Shown one piece after another: positions 20,743 through 29,895 of a DNA stretch of 64,000 nt. Both the position numbers and the translations under genes were made by a program. Where the stretch lies: the NCBI GenBank assembly GCA_046735395.1, contig JBJKQR010000062.1, positions 64,001-128,000 on the forward strand. The letters are read 5' to 3'. The stretch comes from Fidelibacterota bacterium (GTDB lineage: Bacteria > Fidelibacterota > Fidelibacteria > Fidelibacterales > DSDE01). Under the pieces are notes generated by a model. That model saw nothing but the letters and a program-made list of their open reading frames with translations. It searched no databases and was not told the origin of the DNA. The number at the start of each line of letters is the position of its first letter. The stretch's first letter is position 1.

Positions 20743-21687
20743 ATGATGGAACACCTTATCACCAGCGGCCGGATGAATCCGAATATTGATCCGGTCCTTC
20801 ATGTCTGGCACTGGGAAATCCCCCTGTACCTGTTTCTGGGTGGTATCGCTGCAGGCATCCTGTTCTACTCGGCCCTGCTCACACTGATGGGACGGGAGGA
20901 AAAGTATCCGGTCGCCGTCAAATGGATGCCCCTGGCCGCACCGGTGCTCATCGGCATCGGCCTGGCTGCCCTCTTTCTGGATCTTTCACACAAGCTGTAC
21001 TTCTGGCAGCTCTACACCAATATCCGCTGGGTATCACCCATGAGCTGGGGAGCCTGGACTCTGCTGCTCATCACGCCCCTGTCCCTCCTCTGGATCGCCA
21101 TCTGGCGCCGGGATCTGCTTCCCGGATACACCATTCCCTGGGCCTGGCTGGACACAGCTCTTACCTACCTGGACAAATACAGGAAAGCACTGGCCTGGGC
21201 GCTGTTGCTGCTTGCAATCGTCCTCGGTATGTACACGGGAATCCTGCTGTCCGCCTTCAATGCACGCCCCTTCTGGAATACGTCCATCCTGGGACCCTTA
21301 TTTCTGGTATCGGGACTGTCCGCAGCCGCAGCACTTGCCGCGCTGTTTGCCGGGAGTCCGGAAGAACGCCATGCCTTCACGCGCATAGATCTCATCATGC
21401 TGAGTATCGAGCTCGTCCTGCTCGTTCATCTGGTCATGGGTTTCCTGGCCGGATCGCAGGCGCAGATTGATGCAGTCCAGATGATTCTGGGAGGCAGCGG
21501 CTACACCATCACCTTCTGGGGTGGAATCGTGATCATCGGCATCCTGCTCCCCCTCTTTCTGGAAGCGATGGAACTCTCGCGCCGTCATGTACCGGTACTT
21601 GTTCCGGTCATCATGATCATCACCGGTAACCTCCTGCTTCGCTTTCTCTTTGTGGAGCTGGGACAGGTCAGCCGGTACTTTTACTGA
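20743..21687 (+). CDS. NrfD/PsrC-family membrane anchor / quinol dehydrogenase subunit
   Basis: WHWEIPLYLFLGGIAAG, LDLSH, SPMSWGAW, YTGILL..RPFW; about 8 TM helices. Confidence 0.9.
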   Translation: MMEHLITSGRMNPNIDPVLHVWHWEIPLYLFLGGIAAGILFYSALLTLMGREEKYPVAVKWMPLAAPVLIGIGLAALFLDLSHKLYFWQLYTNIRWVSPMSWGAWTLLLITPLSLLWIAIWRRDLLPGYTIPWAWLDTALTYLDKYRKALAWALLLLAIVLGMYTGILLSAFNARPFWNTSILGPLFLVSGLSAAAALAALFAGSPEERHAFTRIDLIMLSIELVLLVHLVMGFLAGSQAQIDAVQMILGGSGYTITFWGGIVIIGILLPLFLEAMELSRRHVPVLVPVIMIITGNLLLRFLFVELGQVSRYFY

Positions 21688-21725
21688 TATCAGCCATTCA
21701 ATCTATATTATCAACGGAGAATAAA

Positions 21726-22235
21726 ATGCAGAAACCTTACATGAATCCCTACCTGGCAGGAGTGCTGCTGGGTCTGGTCCTGATTGCGGCATTTCTCATC
21801 AGCGGACGCGGCCTGGGTGCCAGTGGTGCGATGAAAGATACCATGGTGGCCGCCGTAAATGCCGTGGCTCCGGATTATACGGCCCAGGACGCCTTTTACT
21901 CAAAATATGTCAAGGATGGCCAGAATCCTCTGAAAAACTGGCTTGTCTTTGAAGTTTTCGGTGTGCTGATCGGCGGTTTCCTCTCCGGGATTATTTCCGG
22001 ACGCGTGAAACTGACCACCGAACACGGCCCCAATATCACGTCACGCAAGCGCCTGATTCTGGCGCTCATCGGTGGTTTCCTTTTCGGCCTGGGCGCTCAG
22101 CTCGGCCGCGGATGCACCAGCGGCGGCGCGCTCACAGGCATGGCGGTCATGTCGACCGCCGGATTTGTATCCATGCTCTCAATCTTTGGAAGCGGATACG
22201 TCTTTGCCTACTTTTTCAGAAAAAATTGGTTATAA
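21726..22235 (+). CDS. YeeE/YedE sulfur-compound transporter family protein
   Basis: NPYLAGVLLG, GLGASG, GAQLGRGCTSG. Confidence 0.85.
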   Translation: MQKPYMNPYLAGVLLGLVLIAAFLISGRGLGASGAMKDTMVAAVNAVAPDYTAQDAFYSKYVKDGQNPLKNWLVFEVFGVLIGGFLSGIISGRVKLTTEHGPNITSRKRLILALIGGFLFGLGAQLGRGCTSGGALTGMAVMSTAGFVSMLSIFGSGYVFAYFFRKNWL

Positions 22236-22247
22236 GGAGGTGGTATA

Positions 22248-22850
22248 ATGGGTCCTTTTGCACCACAGGGAATTATCAGCCAGGACTGGAACCTCTTCCT
22301 GGCCTTCATCATCGGAATCGGATTCGGCTTTGTCCTTGAACAGGCCGGATTCTCATCAACCCGCAAACTGGCGGGCGTATTTTACGGCTACGACATGGTC
22401 GTCCTGAAGGTCTTCTTCACGGCGGCCGTCACCGGCATGCTCGGACTGCTCTATCTGAGCCTCTTCGGCTGGATAGATCTCAATCTGGTCTATGTCAATC
22501 CGCTCTACATCTGGCCGACCATCGCCGGCGGCGTCATCATGGGGCTGGGCTTCATCATCGGCGGCTTCTGTCCCGGCACATCTGTCTGCGCTGCAGCCAT
22601 CGGAAAAATCGATGCCATGGTCTTCGTGGGAGGCATTTTTCTCGGCGTATTCAGCTTTGCCGAACTCTTTCCTCTCCTGAAACATTTTTACATGAGTGGA
22701 GAGATGGGCGCGGTAAAGGTTTTTGACAGCCTGGGCCTGCCAATGGGACTCTTCGTCCTGCTGATCACTGTCGTTGCGGCGCTGGCCTTCCTCGGCGCTG
22801 AAAAGCTGGAAACCCTCCTCAGGAAAGGAGACTCTCATGAAGACGCGTAA
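22248..22850 (+). CDS. YeeE/YedE sulfur-compound transporter family protein
   Basis: GIGFGFVLEQAGF, DMVVLKVFFTA, GGFCPGT. Confidence 0.85.
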   Translation: MGPFAPQGIISQDWNLFLAFIIGIGFGFVLEQAGFSSTRKLAGVFYGYDMVVLKVFFTAAVTGMLGLLYLSLFGWIDLNLVYVNPLYIWPTIAGGVIMGLGFIIGGFCPGTSVCAAAIGKIDAMVFVGGIFLGVFSFAELFPLLKHFYMSGEMGAVKVFDSLGLPMGLFVLLITVVAALAFLGAEKLETLLRKGDSHEDA

Positions 22851-23454
22851 TGCCATTCTGTCTGCCCTGGTTTTCATGGCCCTGCTCATGGCCTTCATTC
22901 CCGCCAATACGGTTCTGAAATTCCGGCTGACACCGGAAACCATGCTGAATGAAGTCGGTGAGTCCGTTTCCATGATTCATCCCGATCAGGTAGCGGCCAT
23001 GATCATAGACAAGGATCCCTCCCTGCAGCTCATCGACCTGCGATCACCGGATGAATATGCGAAATTTCATCTGGACGGCGCCTACAATATCCCGCTGGCC
23101 CGCATCCTCGACAAGGACAACCTGCCCGTATTTGACCAGAATCTGAAAATCAATGTCCTCTACGGAAACGGGTCCACCATGCCCCAGAGTGCATGGATGC
23201 TGCTCCGGCAGATGGGTTTCCGGAGTAATTACGTTCTGATGGGCGGACTGAATTACTGGACGGAAACCATCCTGAATCCGAAAAAACCGGGCAACCTGCA
23301 GGCAGATGATGAAATCGCCAAATATGATTTCCGCAAGGGTGCTTCCCAGCACTTCGGGGGCGCTCCGGCAGCTACCGCTCCCACGGAGACGGCCGCACCG
23401 AAAATGCCCGTAATCAGAAAGAAAAAGAAATCAGCTCCCCAGGGAGGCTGTTGA
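22837..23454 (+). CDS. Exported rhodanese-like protein lacking the active-site Cys, with C-terminal GGC
   Basis: N-terminal signal/TM, LIDLRSPDEY..FHLDGAYNIP, LMGGLNYW. Active loop reads VLYGNGS. Ends KKKKSAPQGGC. Confidence 0.8.
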   Translation: MKTRNAILSALVFMALLMAFIPANTVLKFRLTPETMLNEVGESVSMIHPDQVAAMIIDKDPSLQLIDLRSPDEYAKFHLDGAYNIPLARILDKDNLPVFDQNLKINVLYGNGSTMPQSAWMLLRQMGFRSNYVLMGGLNYWTETILNPKKPGNLQADDEIAKYDFRKGASQHFGGAPAATAPTETAAPKMPVIRKKKKSAPQGGC

Positions 23455-23504
23455 CCTCACGGCCTCATCTCCGGATGACAGGCCATTTCTCCTGCCCTGG
23501 TTTG

Positions 23505-23531
23505 AAGAGCCCCCGAATCCGGGGGCTTTTT
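23505..23531 (+). terminator. Rho-independent terminator of the psr operon
   Basis: AGCCCCCG-AATC-CGGGGGCT followed by TTTT. Confidence 0.8.
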
Positions 23532-23675
23532 CATTATCCGGTGTTTTTTATTTTGAAATCTTGCAACGCTTTCCTCGCCGGACTAATTGCGATGGATCTT
23601 CAGTCGCCGCGGGTGAAACACTATTCTATGGATTATTTCAGAACAATTATCGGATCTTGATTCCCTGGAATCTCA

Positions 23676-24833
23676 TCACAAATTCAGCTGTTTTTTAATT
23701 ATGTCCCGGAGTTTATTCGGGTACAGTCCCGTGCTCGCATAAACGATCCGGCCCTGCGGACTGATCAGAAAATAGGTCGGGCTGGCCCACACATTGTACA
23801 ATCCTGCCAGCTCCCTATTACCCAGCAGACAGGGATAGGTGATCTGATATTCCCGAATGTATTTTTTCATTCCCTCGGGATATATCCCATTCGTTTCGAT
23901 TCCAATGATTTTAAGCTGCATCTCAGAGTAGTGATGCCTGATCTCATTTATCACAGGAATGGAACTGATATGTCCACCGCAGCCGGCTGCAAAAAACTCC
24001 AGCAGGACAAATCGCCCCGAATAGTCGGATAAGGAAAATGGGTGTTCATCCGAATCCTGCAGCACCCAATTGACCGCATCGCTGTTTTCCATTTCAGATA
24101 ACAGAACCCGTTTTCTATCCCTAAATTCGTCATTGGAAAATATTGTGATCGAGGACGGAAAACGGTATTCACTCCAGATATCATCCGGCCTTTTTTCATT
24201 GATTACCATATCAGAATACGACGTTTTCTCAGTATAGGTTTTCGTTACGCGTCCTAACTGCAGGGGCAGATAATTTGCCCTGTCTATGATTATTTCGATA
24301 TAATCGGTTAATTTCTGCCGGGGCATCACCTGAATATCATCTGTCTGTGCAAACTTCAGACTCCGGCAGGGCCGGGAATGAATCAGGGTATCGGATAGGC
24401 GGACATCATTAAATAAATGCTGATCCAGAGTTTCCAATAGCTGTTTTATTCTGAGCATGGACCCGCTTACATGATAAATACTCCACAGATCCCGGGGGCT
24501 TTTTACAGGGTCTGTCACCAGATATTCCTGATCGGGGTAATAGGACATAAGGTTTTTTCCGTTATAGACTAAGATTGCCGGATCTGTCTCCCGCGAGCTG
24601 CTATCAAACTCAAATTTTGCACCGATTATCGTGTCTTCGCGAGTCATCTCAAAATACATTTTAACGACATCGGTGGAAGCGTCCTGATAACGGCCTTTAA
24701 TAAAGTGATGGGATGTGTAGGCAAGGGTCTGAATCTCTGACAATTTATCCCGAGTCCGGCGGATCACTTCATCCGCCGTCTGACTGAAGAGAGAAAAATG
24801 CAGGATGAGCAGAAGCGAAACGAAACGAATCAT
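23676..24833 (-). CDS. Exported TlpA/redoxin-fold protein with N-terminal LolA-like region
   Basis: Signal peptide; C-terminal FSLSDYSGRFVLLEFFAAGCGGH...YNVWASPTYFLISPQGRI. Confidence 0.75.
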   Translation of the reverse strand: MIRFVSLLLILHFSLFSQTADEVIRRTRDKLSEIQTLAYTSHHFIKGRYQDASTDVVKMYFEMTREDTIIGAKFEFDSSSRETDPAILVYNGKNLMSYYPDQEYLVTDPVKSPRDLWSIYHVSGSMLRIKQLLETLDQHLFNDVRLSDTLIHSRPCRSLKFAQTDDIQVMPRQKLTDYIEIIIDRANYLPLQLGRVTKTYTEKTSYSDMVINEKRPDDIWSEYRFPSSITIFSNDEFRDRKRVLLSEMENSDAVNWVLQDSDEHPFSLSDYSGRFVLLEFFAAGCGGHISSIPVINEIRHHYSEMQLKIIGIETNGIYPEGMKKYIREYQITYPCLLGNRELAGLYNVWASPTYFLISPQGRIVYASTGLYPNKLRDIIKKQLNL

Positions 24834-25200
24834 GATAGCCCCTTATTGATCAGTGTTATGCGATTTCCCTTTATCCGATTTCATTCAGCCGTATTTACCA
24901 TATATTCATTATTATTTCAGAGAGTGATCATAGCCCTGATTTCGGAAACATGATATCAGGATTACGGCGAAGCGGAATACCGGCATATAAGGTGAAAACA
25001 CTCTTCGGGTCATAGACGCTTCCTTATCTGTCTATGCACACAATTCCGTGCAGAATTCTGAATAACGTGTGAATATATTTTTTCCGGAATTTGTATCCAA
25101 GTAAAAAATGAACGGGCGGGTTTGCCATGGACGAGCGGAATTTATTTTTCTGACATTCTTTGTAGGGCCAATTATGATACCACGTACAGTTTTTTCCCCG

Positions 25201-25232
25201 CAACCTCTGAACTTCTCAACTTCTCAACCTCT
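25201..25232. repeat. Four tandem 8-bp units (CAACYTCT)
   Basis: caacctct gaacttct caacttct caacctct. Confidence 0.7.
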
Positions 25233-25324
25233 AATATTTTTGTTTTACCCGGTCCCTGATTTCCGTATATTTTGGTCCCGGAAAATAGATTTATACCTTG
25301 CCCGACCCCTTAGGCAAAAGTTGG

Positions 25325-25353
25325 TTGACAATCTGAATTGAAAGAGATATATT
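25325..25353 (+). promoter_or_regulatory. Sigma70-type promoter of rplM-rpsI-rpsB-tsf
   Basis: TTGACA (25325-25330), 17 nt, TATATT (25348-25353). Confidence 0.65.
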
Positions 25354-25404
25354 TATCGGCTCTTCGAGTGAAGGGCAAAACATTGCAAAACGGAGGTTAA
25401 GGAT

Positions 25405-25836
25405 TTGAAGACATATTCCGCCAAACCATCAGACATCAACCCGGAGTGGCTGCTTGTCGATGCTGAAGGTGTTCCCCTTGGGCGGCTGGCAAGCAAGATC
25501 GCCCAGCTCCTGCGAGGAAAGCACAAGCCAATTTTCACTCCTCACATGGATACGGGAGACTTTGTTATTGTCATCAACGCGGACAAAGTCCGCTTGAGCG
25601 GCAACAAAGCTGAGAGCAAAACATATTTTCGCCATACGGGATATCCCGGCGGTGCACGGTTCACGTCCTACAAGGAAATGATGGAAAAGGCACCCACACG
25701 GATTATCGAACACGCTGTGAAAGGGATGCTTCCCCACAACCGTCTGGGTCGTCAGGTCATCAAGAAACTGAAAATCTATGCCGGCGCCGAACATCCTCAT
25801 GAGGCACAGCAACCCAAAACCCTGGAAACCCTTTAG
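25405..25836 (+). CDS. rplM: 50S ribosomal protein L13
   Basis: WLLVDA, LGRLAS, LRGKHKP.FTPH.DTGD, AVKGMLP; TTG start. Confidence 0.98.
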   Translation: MKTYSAKPSDINPEWLLVDAEGVPLGRLASKIAQLLRGKHKPIFTPHMDTGDFVIVINADKVRLSGNKAESKTYFRHTGYPGGARFTSYKEMMEKAPTRIIEHAVKGMLPHNRLGRQVIKKLKIYAGAEHPHEAQQPKTLETL

Positions 25837-25848
25837 GAGTATGGTGAT

Positions 25849-26238
25849 ATGGTAAAAGAATATACAAGTATCGGACGCCGTAAATCTGCCACCGCCCGCG
25901 TCAGAATGAAAAGCGGCAACGGACAGATCATTGTCAACAAGCGTCCATTGGAAGTTTATTTCGGACGGCAGACATCACAGATGATTATTCGGCAGCCTCT
26001 GGAACTCACCGGAATGATGAACAAATTTGACATTCACGTCAATGTCAAAGGCGGCGGACTGACCGGCCAGGCCGGAGCAGTCAAACACGGTATCAGCCGG
26101 GCCCTTCTGCAGGTGGATCCTGAACTGCGGGCTATCCTGAAGAGCAACGGGTTCCTGACACGCGATGCCAGAAAAGTCGAACGCAAGAAGTACGGTTTAC
26201 GTGGTGCCCGCCGCGCATTCCAGTTCTCGAAACGTTAA
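25849..26238 (+). CDS. rpsI: 30S ribosomal protein S9
   Basis: [37 protein letters not shown]. Confidence 0.98.
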   Translation: MVKEYTSIGRRKSATARVRMKSGNGQIIVNKRPLEVYFGRQTSQMIIRQPLELTGMMNKFDIHVNVKGGGLTGQAGAVKHGISRALLQVDPELRAILKSNGFLTRDARKVERKKYGLRGARRAFQFSKR

Positions 26239-26262
26239 TCCGAACTGCAATTGGAGAATTGA

Positions 26263-27075
26263 ATGGAAAAAATTACTGTAGACAGTTTACTGGCAACGGG
26301 AGCCCATTTCGGCCATCTGACCAGCAAGTGGAATCCGGCCATGAAGGACTATATATTCACGAAGAAAAACGGCATTCATATCATCGACCTGAAACAGACG
26401 GTTCAGGCTGTTGAACGGGCTGCCGGATTTCTGCACGACATCGTTCGCAACGGCGGCGAAGTTCTGTATCTGGGAACGAAGAAACAGGCCAAGAGCATCA
26501 TCGAAGACGAAGCTCTGCGCGGCAATATCTTCTTTATCACAGAACGCTGGCTGGGTGGTACGCTGACCAACTTCGTCACCATCAAGCGCAGCATCCGACG
26601 TCTGGAACAGCTGCAGAAGGAAAGTGAAGCGGAAGATGCATGGAAGAGCCTGACCAAGAAGGAAATTCTCGGCATGCTCCGTGAGAAGGCAAAACTGGAA
26701 CTGCTGCATCGCGGCATCAAGAACATGAAACGCCTTCCTGACGTCATCTTCATCGTGGACAGCGTCTATGAAAGCACGGCGATTCATGAAGCACGGCGTC
26801 TGGACATTCCGATCATCGCCATCACCGACACCAATGCAAATCCCAAGGATGTGGATTTTGCCATTCCCGCCAACGATGATTCCTACCGGACCATTCAGCT
26901 GATCACAAAGATGCTGACCGACACGATCATGGCTGCCCGCAATTTCTCACGCAAGGGAAATACGGAAGCCGAGGAAGCTGAAGTGGAGGCCGTGGCCGCA
27001 GCACCCGTCGCAGCACCGGCCGAAGCAGCTGCAGACAAAGCAGCCGCCCCCGAATCAGACGAAAAGAACTCATAA
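26263..27075 (+). CDS. rpsB: 30S ribosomal protein S2
   Basis: GAHFGH..WNPAM, RWLGGTLTN, DTNANP, PANDD. Confidence 0.98.
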   Translation: MEKITVDSLLATGAHFGHLTSKWNPAMKDYIFTKKNGIHIIDLKQTVQAVERAAGFLHDIVRNGGEVLYLGTKKQAKSIIEDEALRGNIFFITERWLGGTLTNFVTIKRSIRRLEQLQKESEAEDAWKSLTKKEILGMLREKAKLELLHRGIKNMKRLPDVIFIVDSVYESTAIHEARRLDIPIIAITDTNANPKDVDFAIPANDDSYRTIQLITKMLTDTIMAARNFSRKGNTEAEEAEVEAVAAAPVAAPAEAAADKAAAPESDEKNS

Positions 27076-27101
27076 TATTTTAATAGACTACAGGAGAACT
27101 C

Positions 27102-27701
27102 ATGCAAATTTCCGCAACCATGGTCAAGGAATTGCGCGACCGAACCGGTGCAGGCATGATGGACTGCAAAAAGGCATTAACAGAAACCCAGGGAGACATT
27201 GACAAGGCGATCGAATTTCTTCGGAAATCCGGAATTGCCAAGGCGGAAAAGAAAGCTGACCGTCAGGCAAAAGAAGGCGCCATCTTCTCCTACATTCACC
27301 CCGGAAACAAACTGGGCGCCCTGGTGGAAATCAATTGCGAAACCGACTTCGTGGCCAATACGGACAAGTTCCTCGGATTTGTGAAGGATATCGCCATGCA
27401 GGTTGCTGCCAGCTCACCCGTTACCGTCTCCCGCGACCAGGTCCCGGAAGACCTCATTGAACGGGAAAAGGCCATTTACAAGGAACAGGCGATGAAGGAA
27501 GGAAAACCGGAAAACATCGCTGAAAAAATGGTTTCAGGCCGCCTGGAAAAATACTACAAGGAAGCCGTGCTTCTGGAACAGCCCTTTTTCAAGGATCCTG
27601 ACAAGAACATCGAGACCTACCTGAAGGAAACCATCGGTGCCCTCGGTGAAAATATCACCATCACCCGTTTCTCACGCTTTGCCCTCGGTGAAAGTTTCTG
27701 A
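27102..27701 (+). CDS. tsf: Elongation factor Ts (short form)
   Basis: [29 protein letters not shown]. Confidence 0.97.
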   Translation: MQISATMVKELRDRTGAGMMDCKKALTETQGDIDKAIEFLRKSGIAKAEKKADRQAKEGAIFSYIHPGNKLGALVEINCETDFVANTDKFLGFVKDIAMQVAASSPVTVSRDQVPEDLIEREKAIYKEQAMKEGKPENIAEKMVSGRLEKYYKEAVLLEQPFFKDPDKNIETYLKETIGALGENITITRFSRFALGESF

Positions 27702-27722
27702 TCACTTTCGGACATAAATCTC

Positions 27723-27755
27723 AAAACTCCGGCCTGATCGCCGGAGTTTTTTTTT
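27723..27755 (+). terminator. Rho-independent terminator after tsf
   Basis: AAAACTCCGGC-CTGATC-GCCGGAGTTTT followed by a T-run. Confidence 0.85.
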
Positions 27756-27831
27756 ACCGATACTTTTAATTTTCATAAAAATTCCTTAAGATTGGCCAAA
27801 TTCAAATAAGCACAGCAAGGAGAGGCTTCTT

Positions 27832-28389
27832 ATGTTGGACGAATTATATCTGGAAAGTGAAGAGATGATGCAGAAGGCCGTGGATCATCTGAAACATGAA
27901 TTTTCTGCCCTGCGCACCGGCAGAGCATCCACCGGACTGCTTGAGCACATCAAAGTCAGTTATTACGGAAGCCTTACCCCCCTGAACCAGGTTGCAAACG
28001 TCAATATACCGGAAGCCCGCCTCATCGTCATCCAGCCCTGGGAAAAAAATATGCTCAGCGTGATTGAAAAAGCCATCCAGGCCAGTGATCTGGGCCTGAA
28101 TCCCATCAATGACGGCCAGACGGTTCGCGTCCCCATTCCGGCCATGACCGATGAACGCCGCCACGAACTGGTGAAAATTGTCCACAAGATGACTGAAGAT
28201 GGCCGGATATCTGTTCGGAACACGCGCCGTGACGCCAATGAAAATATCAAGAAGGCGGAGAAATCCGGGGATGTTTCGAAGGATTCAGCTGCCGATGGCC
28301 TCGATGAAATTCAGAAAATGACAGATTCCTACATTGAAAAACTGGAAACCCTGATGAAGCACAAGGAAAAGGAGATTCTCGAAGACTGA
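27832..28389 (+). CDS. frr: Ribosome recycling factor
   Basis: LRTGRAS, YYGS.TPLNQVA, GLNP.NDG, VRNTRRDAN. Confidence 0.97.
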   Translation: MLDELYLESEEMMQKAVDHLKHEFSALRTGRASTGLLEHIKVSYYGSLTPLNQVANVNIPEARLIVIQPWEKNMLSVIEKAIQASDLGLNPINDGQTVRVPIPAMTDERRHELVKIVHKMTEDGRISVRNTRRDANENIKKAEKSGDVSKDSAADGLDEIQKMTDSYIEKLETLMKHKEKEILED

Positions 28390-28731
28390 TATGTCCTCTC
28401 CGGTCCCTTTCTCTTTTTTTTAATATTTTTCTGCCGATACATTGCGGAAGTCCTATGCATGAAATCAACGCCGGTCTGAGTCAAGACACGTGATACTGTA
28501 TTCGTACCCATCATTATTTTAATCGGAAACGCTCCGCTGTGCGTAAAACGGATTATCACTGATTTTCTCCCGTTGCTTTACTTTTCTGCGCCTCAGCGTT
28601 GATATTTTTTTATCACTTTGGTACGGAATTATAATTTCGTACTCATTTTGTGTAGTAAATTCTTTATCAGAACGACTTTGTCCACGGATTTCCTTCAATT
28701 AGGGCAGAAACAAAAACGAGGAGAAACAGTC

Positions 28732-29796
28732 ATGAAATCATTAAAGTTCGGAATCAGTATTCTCATGCTGCTTGCCCTGTGCAGCCTGACAGCTACAGCC
28801 GAAACCCTTCACAAGGAATTTGACGGAACGAAAACCGTATCGATGGACGGAGCGTCGGGAGACTGGACCATCAAATCCCACAGAGGAAAGAATATCATTA
28901 TTGATGTCGTCTACGATGACAATCTCAAAGATATTGTGGATTTCAAATTCCGTGAAAGTTCCGGAAAGCTGACGATTGAGGAAGATATGCGCAGAAGCCA
29001 TAACTGGAGCGGTTCAATCAAGTGGACGGTGCTTCTGCCCGCTGAAACGGATGTGGAACTGCACACAGCCTCCGGTGACGTCGATTTTCAGGAGGTGAAC
29101 GGAGATCTGGAAATTTCCGTTGCATCCGGGGACATTCAGATCCGCAATCATGCCGGCGACATGGATCTGAAATCTGCTTCCGGTGATATCAGCGTCCGGG
29201 AAAGCCAGGGCAACGGAAGTATTTCGACGGCCAGCGGTGATGTCACCCTGATCAACCTGCCCGGTGATCTGAATATTTCCACCGCCAGTGGTGATGTGGA
29301 CGCAGAAGGATTGAAGGGAAGCGTCAAATGTTCCACCGCCAGCGGAGACATCCAGCTGAAGAAATCCACGGTTGAGCTGAAAGGTTCGACGGCCTCCGGA
29401 AATATCAACGGACGGGAAGTGAGCGGCAGCGTTTCCGCCAGCACGGCCAGCGGCGATGTGGAGATGGAACGCCTGTCGCTGACGGGATCTGCAAAATTCA
29501 GCACGGCCAGCGGAGATATTTCCCTCAGCATGGGCAGTGATATGAAAAACGATTTGACAGCAAAAACAGCCAGCGGAGATATTACACTGGACCTGAACCG
29601 GAACAGCTTCAAAGGCAGCATCGAAGCTACTGTTCGAACCGGCGCGTCCTATTTCCGTTCCGACCTGAAGTTTACGGAAACGGACAGCTTCACACGGGAT
29701 GGCAGGGATTATCACGTGCTCAGCTGTAAGATGGGCAATGACGCTTCCAGCATCACCATGAATACCTACAGCGGCCAGGTCAAGCTCAGCAAATAA
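28732..29796 (+). CDS. Exported DUF4097 (adhesin-like) beta-strand repeat protein
   Basis: Signal peptide; about 10 repeats of xTASGD[IV] with ~19-aa period; GGAG RBS before ATG 28732. Confidence 0.85.
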   Translation: MKSLKFGISILMLLALCSLTATAETLHKEFDGTKTVSMDGASGDWTIKSHRGKNIIIDVVYDDNLKDIVDFKFRESSGKLTIEEDMRRSHNWSGSIKWTVLLPAETDVELHTASGDVDFQEVNGDLEISVASGDIQIRNHAGDMDLKSASGDISVRESQGNGSISTASGDVTLINLPGDLNISTASGDVDAEGLKGSVKCSTASGDIQLKKSTVELKGSTASGNINGREVSGSVSASTASGDVEMERLSLTGSAKFSTASGDISLSMGSDMKNDLTAKTASGDITLDLNRNSFKGSIEATVRTGASYFRSDLKFTETDSFTRDGRDYHVLSCKMGNDASSITMNTYSGQVKLSK

Positions 29797-29823
29797 TCGA
29801 AATCCCCGCTTATCCCTTTTAAT

Positions 29824-29852
29824 AAAAAGCCTGCTTCGATGCAGGCTTTTTT
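29824..29852 (+). terminator. Rho-independent terminator
   Basis: AAAAAGCCTGC-TTCGAT-GCAGGCTTTTTT. Confidence 0.85.
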
Positions 29853-29895
29853 GATTTCAGCAGATCGGATTTGCGGATGAAAGAGCTGTTTAATA

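Noticed and set aside
23451..23660. Small ORFs in intergenic regions (23451-23660, 25108-25341, 48680-48991, 60474-60818)
   Set aside because: No convincing RBS or motifs, and they overlap terminators, promoters or neighbouring genes.
28617..28636. TTTGGTACGGAATTATA as a sigma54 promoter for the DUF4097 gene
   Set aside because: The -12 position reads TA rather than GC/GT at the required spacing.
29060..29590. Recurring (AC)GGCCAGCGG(A/T)GA units at ~57-nt spacing, superficially CRISPR-like
   Set aside because: They encode the TASGD protein repeats of the DUF4097 gene, vary at synonymous sites, and no cas genes are present.
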